Notes under the pieces: model-generated
Told to the model about the DNA's origin: nothing
The model's database searches: none
What the model saw: only the letters and a program-made list of their open reading frames with translations
Made by a program: the position numbers and the translations under genes
Assembly: GCA_003246335.1 (NCBI GenBank)
Contig: QKAR01000114.1
Coordinates: 920 to 64,919 of the forward strand
Reading direction: 5' to 3'
Origin: Spirochaetales bacterium
GTDB lineage: Bacteria; Spirochaetota; Spirochaetia; Treponematales; Treponemataceae
Length of the DNA stretch: 64,000 bases
Part shown: in pieces, positions 53,915 through 62,945 of the stretch
Layout: each line of letters starts with the position of its first letter
Position numbering within the stretch: position 1 is the first letter of the stretch

Positions 53915-55657
53915 TTAGAAAAAGAGGGTCACGCCGCCCGAGGCGATGGAATCATCGCCGCTTCCGGACTCGACGGAAAAGCCGCCGATTTTTCCGGCAG
54001 CCTCTTTATGACTCGTGATCGTGAATTTCTCGACAAGCGCCTTCAGGCGGTCGTTATGTATCGTCCACGTCCCATATCCCGATTCCAAAAGCAGGGCCGA
54101 GCGCTCGGCTTTGCAACTCTCGAGCGCGGCCTCAAGGTCCGAGGCGGATTCCGCGACGACGCCGCGCGCATCGCGAAGGCTCGAAACCAAAGAATCGATT
54201 TCGCCGCAGAGGGATTGGAATGAATCGGGATACACCCGCAGCGACAGCACGTCGCCGGCGAGTTCTTCCTGAAGCGATTTCATCCGGGTGAAAAACTCGG
54301 TTTTCGTCTGTTTAATCGCGTCGAGTTCCCGGGAATCCTTCGATGAGTTCTCCGAGAATTCACCGGTCAATTGCTCAATATCCTCGATAAACGTTTCCAA
54401 AACCGCGCGCGCGTCCTGGACCCGAAGATCGGCGCGCTGGATCAAATCGCTCATATATTCGACGGTATCCTTCACGGCGGCGATGGCGGGGTTTTTCGCG
54501 ACCTCAATTTGCTGGGTTATTCGAACGTGCTGCAATCGCGCGATGATGGGGCGGATCATGTCGAAAATCGCGCGCAAATGCTTTACCTCGGACACGATCA
54601 TCGTGCTGTCGCGAACCATCGTCCGCTGGCCGCGCTGGTACACGTTTAACTGAGCGATATAGTCCGAAAAGCCGCCGGTTATGCGATCGAGCAGGACCGG
54701 CAGGGATTTGCCGCGTCGATTCGCCGTTTCGAGGTAGGTTTCGATAAACGAAAGCCGCGTGCTCTCGACCTCGTCCAGGATTTCGTGAACCCGATCCCAA
54801 TTCCCCGAAAACGTTTGAATGGAGGCGTCGAGATCGCGCATGATGTCGCGGATGATTTTTATGCAGATCGACAGGAGCTCGGTATCGAGGGTGAGGCGAT
54901 CCAATCGTTCGTCTATTGAGGCACCCACCGAGGGATCGAGCTCGGACAGGGCGAGGATGATTTGATCGATCGATTGGCGAATAATGTCCTGGAGCTGAAT
55001 GCCGGACATAGCCTCGTGAATCGGCGCGGAAACGTTTTGCGCGCGCCGTTCCATGGACTCCAACGAGGCGGAAGCTTCGCCGATAACGGGAACGATTTCA
55101 GCCCCGGAGGTCTCGGTCCCGGAAGTAATGACGCGCCGCTGAACCGCGGAAATCGACTCAAACGAGGACCGCAGGGCGTCGTTTTTCTCGATGAGCTTCG
55201 TTTCGTCCTGAATAAGCGAGTTCGAAAGCGAAATCATGCTGGCTGAAAGCCGCTTTAGGTTTTCCGTGATACAGGAAAAAGCCCGACCCTTTTCGCCCGA
55301 CTTGATCGAAATGACCATGGCGTTCAGCGAAATGATCTCGAGTTCCTCGGAATCGGTACGGATAGAAGAAACGCGCTCGGTAATCTGGCTCAAGGCCGAC
55401 ATTTTCTCGCTCAGGGCCGAGAAAACGCCGGAATTTCGGGCGTTATAGGACTCGAAAAAACTCACCTCATCCTGATTATAGCAAGAAAAACCCTCAGACA
55501 ACGCGCGAAACGCCGAACCGAGCGCGGCGAGCGACGACGACTCGGAGTTGGACGTTATCGCCAACAACTCGGGGAAAATGTTACCCATTCGCGTATATAT
55601 TCGTTCCGTCTCGGCGCTACATGCGGTGATGCCGTCGTGGATTCGCTTCGTGTCCAT
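53915..55657 (-). CDS. Soluble methyl-accepting chemotaxis-like protein with two hairpin-tip-like motifs
   Basis: ISLNAMVISIKSGEKGRAF, IQLQDIIRQ, ITQQIEVAK, C-terminal VTLFF, no TM. Start ATG 55657 preferred (TATAGT 6 nt upstream). Confidence 0.7.
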   Translation of the reverse strand: MDTKRIHDGITACSAETERIYTRMGNIFPELLAITSNSESSSLAALGSAFRALSEGFSCYNQDEVSFFESYNARNSGVFSALSEKMSALSQITERVSSIRTDSEELEIISLNAMVISIKSGEKGRAFSCITENLKRLSASMISLSNSLIQDETKLIEKNDALRSSFESISAVQRRVITSGTETSGAEIVPVIGEASASLESMERRAQNVSAPIHEAMSGIQLQDIIRQSIDQIILALSELDPSVGASIDERLDRLTLDTELLSICIKIIRDIMRDLDASIQTFSGNWDRVHEILDEVESTRLSFIETYLETANRRGKSLPVLLDRITGGFSDYIAQLNVYQRGQRTMVRDSTMIVSEVKHLRAIFDMIRPIIARLQHVRITQQIEVAKNPAIAAVKDTVEYMSDLIQRADLRVQDARAVLETFIEDIEQLTGEFSENSSKDSRELDAIKQTKTEFFTRMKSLQEELAGDVLSLRVYPDSFQSLCGEIDSLVSSLRDARGVVAESASDLEAALESCKAERSALLLESGYGTWTIHNDRLKALVEKFTITSHKEAAGKIGGFSVESGSGDDSIASGGVTLFF

Positions 55658-55731
55658 AGTGAAACTATAACCCATTGTCCGCATCCGTGTAAATCAAATA
55701 CCGCGCGGACCGTTCGTTTTGCGGACTGCGC

Positions 55732-56322
55732 TTACGAGGCGGCGCTGCCGTCCAGCCCGATCTCGGAAGCGACCTTCCGCATACCGGCGATCGTTTGGGC
55801 GATCGCTTCGTCCAAATCCATGCCGAGCATATCGACGCCCGCCTGTATGACCTCGCGATTGCAGCCGGCGGCGAAACCGGCGGATTTCCATTTTTTCTTA
55901 ACGGATTTCACCTCAAGATCGGCGAGGCTTTTGCTCGGGCGCATCAAGGCGGTCGCGTACACGAAGCCCGAAAGCTCGTCGATGGCGTAAAGCGTTTGCT
56001 CGCAGGCTGTTTCGGGTTTGACTTCGTTCACGAGGCCGTATCCGTGACTCTCGATGGCGCGAATCCAGGCATCAGGAACCGCGCCTGAGAGAATTTCGCG
56101 AGTCCTCGCGCAGTGCTCGTCGGGGTATTTCTCGAAATCGATATCGTGCAGGAGGCCGATGCAGCCCCAAACGTCGGGGTTTTCGCCCGATTTTTCGGCG
56201 AAATGACGCATCACGGCCTCGACCGTAACCGAATGGCGAAGGAGCGTTTCTCCCGAAACCCATTCCTGAAGCAGGGCATACGCGCGGTCTCGGCCGATCG
56301 GCGCGGTGTTTTCGTTATCCAT
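55732..56322 (-). CDS. HD-superfamily (HDIG-type) hydrolase
   Basis: LLRHSVTVE, GLLHDIDFE, AIESHG, AIDELSG, ALMRPSK, FAAGCNR. Confidence 0.9.
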   Translation of the reverse strand: MDNENTAPIGRDRAYALLQEWVSGETLLRHSVTVEAVMRHFAEKSGENPDVWGCIGLLHDIDFEKYPDEHCARTREILSGAVPDAWIRAIESHGYGLVNEVKPETACEQTLYAIDELSGFVYATALMRPSKSLADLEVKSVKKKWKSAGFAAGCNREVIQAGVDMLGMDLDEAIAQTIAGMRKVASEIGLDGSAAS

Positions 56323-56491
56323 ACCAAAGCCTCCGTTCGCTCATCTTATACCCCCGCTCGAGGCGAAACAAGGGGATTGTTTTTTTCCCGAGCGTTCGTA
56401 TTCGGTAACGCATGGTTCCTTGCCGCGTGTTGAATTGACCGCATGGAAGTTAATCAGTACCTTAAAAGTATCTCGCTTTTTGGAGGGTTTG

Positions 56492-57067
56492 ATGAGTAAA
56501 GGCTTAAAGACGGCGATTATCGTTATCGGCGGCGTACTGGTGATCGTATTCATGGTATCGAAGGACGAAGGGGTGAAAAGCCAATGGAGCCAAGTGCAAA
56601 ACGCCTATCAGCGCAGGGCGGACCTCATCCCGAACCTCGTCGCGACGGTCAAGGGCTACGCGAAGCACGAATCAGAGGTGTTCACCCAAATCGCCGAGGC
56701 GCGTTCCAAGGCAGGCGGCGTGACGAACATTAGCTCAGACGTGCTCGACAATCCCGAAACCTTCAAAAAATACCAACAGGCGCAGAACGAGCTGAGCGGA
56801 GCCCTCCAGCGGCTCCTCGTCGTCTCGGAAAATTATCCAGAACTGAAGGCCGACCAAAATTTTCTCGCGCTCCAAGATCAGCTTGAGGGCACGGAAAACC
56901 GCATTGCAACGGAGCGCAACCGTTTCAACGAGGCGGTAAGGGATTACAATGTCTTCATTCGCCAATTCCCCCGCTCCATTATCGCGAACATGTCCGGCTT
57001 CCGCGAAAAAGCGTATTTTGAGGCCGACGAGAGCGCGCAAAAAGCGCCGACGGTGACGTTCGAATGA
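56492..57067 (+). CDS. lemA: LemA family protein
   Basis: WSQVQNAYQRRADLIPNLV.TVKGYA.HE, ENYPELKA, QLEGTENRI, FPRSIIA. GGAGG RBS before ATG 56492. Confidence 0.95.
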   Translation: MSKGLKTAIIVIGGVLVIVFMVSKDEGVKSQWSQVQNAYQRRADLIPNLVATVKGYAKHESEVFTQIAEARSKAGGVTNISSDVLDNPETFKKYQQAQNELSGALQRLLVVSENYPELKADQNFLALQDQLEGTENRIATERNRFNEAVRDYNVFIRQFPRSIIANMSGFREKAYFEADESAQKAPTVTFE

Positions 57068-57762
57068 CGCGCGCGCGACTCGCCAAAAAACTTTGCCTTT
57101 CCCCGGCCGATCTCGAGGAGATCCGAACCGCCGTTCGCGCGGCCGAAGGCGGCACGACCGGCGAGATAGCCCTTGCGGCCATCGGCGAAAGCGCGGACTA
57201 CTCTTTTTTCGAGCTTTTCGCGGCGGTCATGATCGGGGTTCTCGTTTTCGCGATTACCCTGCCCTTTCATGGCGCGATCGAGGCTGTAATGGCCCGATGT
57301 TTCTGGGTTGACGCGCCCTGGCACGCGACCGCTTTCGCGGGAATCGTCTCGTTCGCGGCTATCCCGATCGCTTTCGCCCTCGCGAATATTCCGGCGATAG
57401 ACCGGCTCGTCATTCCGCGCGCGACGCGCGCAAATCGCGTTACCGCGCGATCGTTTCGCCATTTCGTCGAAAGCGGCGCGTACACGACCGTCGACCGAAC
57501 GGGAATTCTCATTTTCGTGTCGCTCCTCGAGCGGGAAGTGCGCTTCGTGGCGGACGCGGGCATCAACGCGAAAATACCGCAAGAAACGTGGGACGCGCTC
57601 GCCGCCGCGCTCGCGAGCGGCATTCGCGCGGGAACGGCGAAAGACGCCTTCGTCGCCGCGGTCAATGCGTGCGGAACCATCCTCTCGAGGCATTTTCCGG
57701 CGAAAAAAGAAAACCCGAACGAACTGCCCGACGGGCTCGTGCTATTGGAGGGCGACGAATGA
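57064..57762 (+). CDS. TPM domain membrane protein
   Basis: AEGGTTGEI, two TMs, RTGILIFVSLLER, ADAGI, NELPD. ATGA overlap. Confidence 0.88.
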   Translation: MTRARLAKKLCLSPADLEEIRTAVRAAEGGTTGEIALAAIGESADYSFFELFAAVMIGVLVFAITLPFHGAIEAVMARCFWVDAPWHATAFAGIVSFAAIPIAFALANIPAIDRLVIPRATRANRVTARSFRHFVESGAYTTVDRTGILIFVSLLEREVRFVADAGINAKIPQETWDALAAALASGIRAGTAKDAFVAAVNACGTILSRHFPAKKENPNELPDGLVLLEGDE

Positions 57763-58577
57763 TCGGAACGATTTCCCCCAAAAAGGCGTTTTTGCTCGCC
57801 GCGACCGCGGCCTTCTGCGCGGCTCTCCCGCTCTCGGCCCTTGAGGTTCCCGCCATGGCCGGTCCGGTGAACGATGTGGCCGGCGTAATGACCGCGAATG
57901 AGCGAGCGGAACTCAGCGCCTACCTTACGGAAGTTTCCAACGAAACCGGAACGCAAGTCGCCGTCCTCGTCGTCAATTCGCTCGAGGGCGAGTCGATTGA
58001 AACATACTCGATGCGCGTCGCGGAAGCCTGGAAACTGGGGCAAGCCGACGCCGATAACGGCGTGTTGCTGACGGTGTCGGTAGCCGATCGGGCGCTTCGC
58101 GTCGAAGTGGGGTACGGGCTCGAGGACAAGATTACCGACGTGAAAAGCGGACTCATCATTCGGCAGGTCATCGTGCCGTATTTCCAGAAAGGCGCGTACG
58201 GGAGCGGCATTATCGCCGGAGCCAAGGCGATAGCCGAAACGGCGACCGGACGAGGGGACTTTACCGCGGCAACGAAGCCGAGCGCCGATCAATCGAGCGA
58301 AAGCGGCGGAGCGGGCGTTCTCGCCTTCGCGTTTTTCTTCGTTTTTTTCTTCTTGTTGCGCGCGAGCGCGGCCGGGAGACGAGGCCGTTCCCGAGGCATC
58401 GGCGGTCTCCTTTCGGCCATATTCCTTGGGGAAATGCTCGGAAGCATGAGCGGAAGGCATCGCGGAAACGGCGGATTCGGCGGGGGAAGCGGCTTTTCCG
58501 GAGGAGGATTCTCCGGAGGCGGTTTTTCGGGCGGCGGCGGCGGATTCGGCGGCGGCGGGGCTTCCGGCCACTGGTAA
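57759..58577 (+). CDS. TPM domain protein (YgcG-like) with Gly-rich tail
   Basis: VND.AGV, QVAVLVV.SLEG, WKLG..DNGVLL, RVEVGYGLE, TM, then GGGSGFSGGGFSGGGFSGGGGGFGGGGASGHW. ATGA overlap. Confidence 0.93.
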   Translation: MIGTISPKKAFLLAATAAFCAALPLSALEVPAMAGPVNDVAGVMTANERAELSAYLTEVSNETGTQVAVLVVNSLEGESIETYSMRVAEAWKLGQADADNGVLLTVSVADRALRVEVGYGLEDKITDVKSGLIIRQVIVPYFQKGAYGSGIIAGAKAIAETATGRGDFTAATKPSADQSSESGGAGVLAFAFFFVFFFLLRASAAGRRGRSRGIGGLLSAIFLGEMLGSMSGRHRGNGGFGGGSGFSGGGFSGGGFSGGGGGFGGGGASGHW

Positions 58578-58629
58578 AGGATCGAGAAGAGTGCCTTACC
58601 GGAATCGCTCAAGCGATTCCGGTAAGCCG

Positions 58630-59361
58630 TTACGGCGAAGTCGCGCGAAGCTCCGCGATTTCCGCAGGCGTTAAGGGGCGATAATCGCCGGGAACGAGAT
58701 TTTCGTCCAGCGAAAGCGAGCCCATCGCCGTGCGCCGTAAATACGAAACTTCGTTCCCCACGACTTTGAACATTTTCTTTACTTGATGGTATTTCCCTTC
58801 CTGAATCGTGACGAAAAAACCGTTTTCTTCGGCGCCGACGCGCGTTAGCCGCGCCGGGAGACATTGAAATCCGTCCTTAAACGTAATTCCCGCGGCGAAC
58901 GCGGCGGCGTACCGAATCGATTCCGCGTCGTTTACCGCGTCGCGAAGCCGGGCGTAATACGTTTTATCGACCCCGGTACGGGGAGAAGTGAGCCAATGCG
59001 TCAACGGACCGTCATTCGTAATCACGAGTAAACCTTCGGTGTCGTAATCAAGCCGACCGATCGGAAACAGATCCATCGCCGAGTACGGCTCATCCAAAAG
59101 GTCCATGACGGTCCGATGTTCGGGGTCAGCCGTCGACGTCACCGTACCGGCGGGCTTATTAAGCATCAAATACACCGACGTCATCAGCGCAAGGGGCTCG
59201 CCCCGCAACGTCAGCGCGTCGGCGTCCGGGTCAATTTGCGTGCCAGGATCGTCGCAAACCCGCCCATTCACGGTCACGACGCGTTCGCGCAAAAGGCGCT
59301 TAATGTCTTTTCGGGAACCTAAACCGTTATCCGAGAGGATTTTATCAAGTCGAAATTTCAT
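58630..59361 (-). CDS. RsuA-family pseudouridine synthase
   Basis: S4 domain RLDKILS..GSRK, NKPAG, GRLDYDTEGLL (catalytic Asp), EGKYHQVKKMF, LRRTAMG. Confidence 0.92.
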   Translation of the reverse strand: MKFRLDKILSDNGLGSRKDIKRLLRERVVTVNGRVCDDPGTQIDPDADALTLRGEPLALMTSVYLMLNKPAGTVTSTADPEHRTVMDLLDEPYSAMDLFPIGRLDYDTEGLLVITNDGPLTHWLTSPRTGVDKTYYARLRDAVNDAESIRYAAAFAAGITFKDGFQCLPARLTRVGAEENGFFVTIQEGKYHQVKKMFKVVGNEVSYLRRTAMGSLSLDENLVPGDYRPLTPAEIAELRATSP

Positions 59362-59369
59362 TGTCGGCC

Positions 59370-59398
59370 AGTATACCTTCGCGGGCAGGGGCGAGCAA
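59370..59398 (-). promoter_or_regulatory. Promoter of the pseudouridine synthase gene
   Basis: TTGCTC-17-TATACT, 8 nt before ATG 59361. Confidence 0.6.
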
Positions 59399-59416
59399 GA
59401 TAGTACAAACGCCCGA

Positions 59417-59462
59417 TTGACAGTGAAACCGCGCGCGTTTACTGTTTGAAACATTGTTTCAT
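59417..59462 (+). promoter_or_regulatory. uxaC promoter with KdgR-type operator over the start site
   Basis: TTGACA(59417-22)-17-TACTGT(59440-45), then TTGAAACATTGTTTCAT (59446-62). Confidence 0.8.
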
Positions 59463-59482
59463 TTCAAAAGGATGGAAATACG

Positions 59483-60889
59483 ATGAAGCGATTCATGGAC
59501 TCGGAATTTTTACTGAAAACCCCAACGGCGCGAAAGCTCTTTCATTCGGCCGCCGAAAACGCCCCGATTTTCGATTACCACTGCCATCTCGACCCGCGGC
59601 AAATCGCCGAAAATAAACGCTTTGAGCACCTCACCGAGGCTTGGCTCGGCGGGGATCATTATAAATGGCGACAAATGCGCGCCCTTGGCATTGAGGAAAA
59701 ATTCATCACCGGAGACGCTGACCCCTACGAAAAATTCCTCGCCTGGGCGCGCGCCGTGGAGCGTCTCATCGGCAACCCGCTCTACCATTGGACCCACCTT
59801 GAGTTACGGCGATTTTTCGGCATTGACAAACCGCTCTGCGAGAAAAGCGCCCCGGATATATGGAAAGCGGCCAATAAACGCCTCGCCGACGAGGCCTTAT
59901 CCGTCAGGGGGATTTTCGCCTCGGCCCGCGTTCACGCGGTCGGGACGACGGACGATCCCGTCGATTCGCTTGAATATCACCGGCAAATCGCGGCGGGAAC
60001 GGCGCCGATCGGCCCCATCGCCACGAAAGTCCTTCCCTCGTTTCGGCCGGACAAGGCGCTTGAGCTGACCGCGCCGGGCTACGCCGAATATCTCGATGCG
60101 CTCTCCGCCGTCAGCGGCGTAGCGATTAACTCCGCCGAAAGCCTAATCGCCGCGCTCATAAACCGGCTCGATTTTTTCGCGGCTTCGGGTTGCCGCGCGG
60201 CCGACCACGGCATGGGACGCATACCCTTCGCGCGCGCGTCGCATGACGACGTCGAAAAAGCCTTCGCCCGCGCCCGAAAAGGAGAATCGATAACGGAAAA
60301 CGAGGCTAACGGCTTTAAAACCGCGCTACTCGTCGCGCTCGCCGCCGCCTACGAAAAAAGAGGCATCGTCATGCAACTGCATTTTTCGGCGATTCGGGAC
60401 AATAATCCCCGCGCGTTCGCCCGGCTCGGGGCGAATACCGGCTTTGACGCCGCCCATGACGTCGAAATCGCGGCGCCGCTATCCTCTCTTCTCGGCGCGA
60501 TGGAAGAAAACGGCGGCTTACCCAAGACAATCCTCTACTCGCTGAACCCGAAAGATTATTATTCGATGGCGACCCTCATGGGATGCTTTCAGGGAGGCGT
60601 TCCCGGCAAAATGCAAATGGGCTCGGCCTGGTGGTTTTCCGATCATCGCGACGGCATGGAAACCCACCTGAGAACGCTCGCGAACCTCGGCATGCTGCCG
60701 CTCTTCGTCGGTATGCTCACCGATTCGCGCAGTTTTCTGTCCTATCCCCGGCATGAGTATTTTCGCCGCATTTTGTGCAATCTCTTGGGAGAATGGGTCG
60801 AGAATGGCGAATATCCGGCCGACCTCGCGGGGCTCGGGCAAATCGTCGCCGACGTTTCTTTCGGCAACGCGCTGAGGTATTTCAACTGA
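59483..60889 (+). CDS. uxaC: Glucuronate (uronate) isomerase
   Basis: PIFDYHCHL, WLGGDHYKWR, GNPLYHWTHLEL, GTTDDP, SFRPDK, GSAWWF, GMLTDSRSFLSYPRHEYFRRILC. Confidence 0.97.
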   Translation: MKRFMDSEFLLKTPTARKLFHSAAENAPIFDYHCHLDPRQIAENKRFEHLTEAWLGGDHYKWRQMRALGIEEKFITGDADPYEKFLAWARAVERLIGNPLYHWTHLELRRFFGIDKPLCEKSAPDIWKAANKRLADEALSVRGIFASARVHAVGTTDDPVDSLEYHRQIAAGTAPIGPIATKVLPSFRPDKALELTAPGYAEYLDALSAVSGVAINSAESLIAALINRLDFFAASGCRAADHGMGRIPFARASHDDVEKAFARARKGESITENEANGFKTALLVALAAAYEKRGIVMQLHFSAIRDNNPRAFARLGANTGFDAAHDVEIAAPLSSLLGAMEENGGLPKTILYSLNPKDYYSMATLMGCFQGGVPGKMQMGSAWWFSDHRDGMETHLRTLANLGMLPLFVGMLTDSRSFLSYPRHEYFRRILCNLLGEWVENGEYPADLAGLGQIVADVSFGNALRYFN

Positions 60890-60915
60890 ACGCTCGGCGT
60901 GCTATAATCCGCGGC

Positions 60916-61680
60916 ATGGAGAATGAGGAATCGGAAAAGCAATCGAGCGCGGTCGCGCGTACCATGCGCGTCATGGAACTGCTATCCGGCCACAAATCCA
61001 TCAACCTCGAGCAGCTCGCGCGGGAGTCAGAGCTCCCGAAAGCGACGCTTCTGCGGTTTCTCGGCGCGCTCGCGAATCTCGGCTACGTTTACCGCGACCC
61101 CTACGATCAATACTCGCTCACCCTTAAAATGTTCTCCGTCGGTTCCCGATCCTTGGAGCACCTCGAACTCGTTCGCGTCGCGCGTCCCATCGCCGAAAGT
61201 CTTGCCGAACGGCTCCGCGAAACGGTGCATATGGGCATCCGGGAGGAAACATCGGCGATATACGTGCTGAAAGTGGAATCAAAATATACGATCCGCATGC
61301 ATTCGCGCGTCGGGAAGTCCATACCGCTGTACTGCACGGGAATCGGCAAGGCGCTACTCGCCGACCTGCCGAAAGAGGAGCGGGACGCTGCGCTCGACGC
61401 CATGGAACTCGTCCCGTTCACGGAAAATACGATAAAAACGCGCGCCGCTCTCGTAGAGGAGCTTGCCGCGATAACGGACTCAGGCGTTTCCCTTGATCGG
61501 GAAGAGCATGAAGAGGGGATTATGTGCATCGCCGCTCCCGTCCGCGACTACTCCGGCAGCGCGGTAGCGGCTCTCAGCGTTTCCTGGCCGCTTTTTCGCT
61601 ACGCTGCCGACCGAGAGGCGGAATACGTGGACGCCGTAAAAACCGCCGCTCGTCGCATTTCCGAACTGCTTGGAAATTAA
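60916..61680 (+). CDS. IclR-family regulator, probable KdgR-like repressor of the hexuronate genes
   Basis: N-terminal HTH (LPKATLLRFL..L...GYV), RETVHMG, PLYCTGIGKALLA, CIAAPV, ALSVS. ATG 60916 lies 7 nt after TATAAT. Confidence 0.9.
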   Translation: MENEESEKQSSAVARTMRVMELLSGHKSINLEQLARESELPKATLLRFLGALANLGYVYRDPYDQYSLTLKMFSVGSRSLEHLELVRVARPIAESLAERLRETVHMGIREETSAIYVLKVESKYTIRMHSRVGKSIPLYCTGIGKALLADLPKEERDAALDAMELVPFTENTIKTRAALVEELAAITDSGVSLDREEHEEGIMCIAAPVRDYSGSAVAALSVSWPLFRYAADREAEYVDAVKTAARRISELLGN

Positions 61681-61756
61681 TGGCGATTTTCCGGCGCGCC
61701 GGTAACCGCGCGGCAGCTTCCCCCGCTCGGACGAGGGAAGCGATAACGAGCCGTTT

Positions 61757-62791
61757 TTACCGCTGAACGCGGCCGCTTCCGTCTCCCTTCAAGAGCGCTT
61801 CCACTTCGGATCGCCGCGTAAGATTGAAGTCGCCGTCAATCGAGTGCTTTAGGCATGACGCCGCGACGGCGAACTCCAGGGCTTTTTGATCGTCTCCCGG
61901 AAATTCCAGCAAACCGAAAATAAGTCCCGCGGAAAACGAATCGCCGCCGCCGACGCGATCGATGATATCGTCGATGTCATATTTTCGGGAAAGGAAAAAT
62001 CCGCTTTTCGACGCCAAGGCGGCCGACCAGCCATTGCGGTCGGCGGAGCGGGATTCCCGCAGCGTAATCGCGACCCGCGACAGGTTCGGGAATTCCTTGA
62101 GAACCGTCGCCGCAAGCCGCTCGTACGCGCCCGTATCAAGGGAACCCGAGGATACGTCGACGGCGGGAAGCTCAATGCCTAAGCATTTCTGGATATCTTC
62201 CTCGTTCGCGATCGCGACGTCCGCGTGCGCGATGAGCTCACGCATGACTTCTGGCGCTTTTTTCCCGTAATTCCAGAGTTTTTTCCGGTAATTGAGGTCG
62301 ATCGATACCGAGCAACCCGCTTTTTTCGCCTCGATAACAGCTTTCAGCGCGGTTACCGCCGAGGTCTCGGAGAGGGCGGGCGTGATGCCCGTGATATGAA
62401 ACCATTGGGCTCCCGCAAACATCGACGGCCAATCAAAATCCTCCGGCCGCGCCGCGGAAATGCAGGAATAATCCCGATCATACACGACGTTCGAAGCCCT
62501 CTGATTTGCTCCGGTTTCAAGGTAATAGATACCGAGGCGACCTTTCGCCCGACGAACGTTCGATACGTCGACTCCATGTTTGCGCAGTTCCGCTACGGCC
62601 GCGTCCCCAATGGGATTATCGGGAACTACCGACGCGAATACCCCTTGCTTTCCCAGCAAGGATAGCGAAACGGCGACGTTCGCCTCCCCGCCGCCAAAGG
62701 TAGCCTCAAGAGCGGGAGACTGAAAGAAACGCTCATGACCGGGACTTTTCAGGCGAAGCATGATTTCGCCAAAGGTGACTATTTTATCCAT
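61757..62791 (-). CDS. kdgK: 2-keto-3-deoxygluconate kinase (PfkB family)
   Basis: [51 protein letters not shown]. Confidence 0.9.
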   Translation of the reverse strand: MDKIVTFGEIMLRLKSPGHERFFQSPALEATFGGGEANVAVSLSLLGKQGVFASVVPDNPIGDAAVAELRKHGVDVSNVRRAKGRLGIYYLETGANQRASNVVYDRDYSCISAARPEDFDWPSMFAGAQWFHITGITPALSETSAVTALKAVIEAKKAGCSVSIDLNYRKKLWNYGKKAPEVMRELIAHADVAIANEEDIQKCLGIELPAVDVSSGSLDTGAYERLAATVLKEFPNLSRVAITLRESRSADRNGWSAALASKSGFFLSRKYDIDDIIDRVGGGDSFSAGLIFGLLEFPGDDQKALEFAVAASCLKHSIDGDFNLTRRSEVEALLKGDGSGRVQR

Positions 62792-62838
62792 AAAAAAATT
62801 CCTCCTAATAATGGGCTCTCGAATATCCGAATGAAAAC

Positions 62839-62924
62839 AGTGTACTCTATCGTTGTCACGCGGTCAATATTTTATGAAACATAGTTTCATTTATTTCATT
62901 TCTCTGCTACAATCATGCTATACT
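62839..62924. promoter_or_regulatory. Divergent kdgK/eda promoters with a central KdgR-type operator
   Basis: Palindrome ATGAAAC-ata-GTTTCAT (62874-90). kdgK: TTGACC-17-TACACT (minus). eda: TTTCAT-17-TACAAT, plus a second TGcTATACT. Confidence 0.8.
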
Positions 62925-62945
62925 GTCTATCTAAAGGAGCGCAGC

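Noticed and set aside
58469-58574. GGC/GGA-rich low-complexity tandem repeats
   Set aside because: They encode the normal Gly-rich tail of YgcG-like TPM proteins; not a VNTR or CRISPR.
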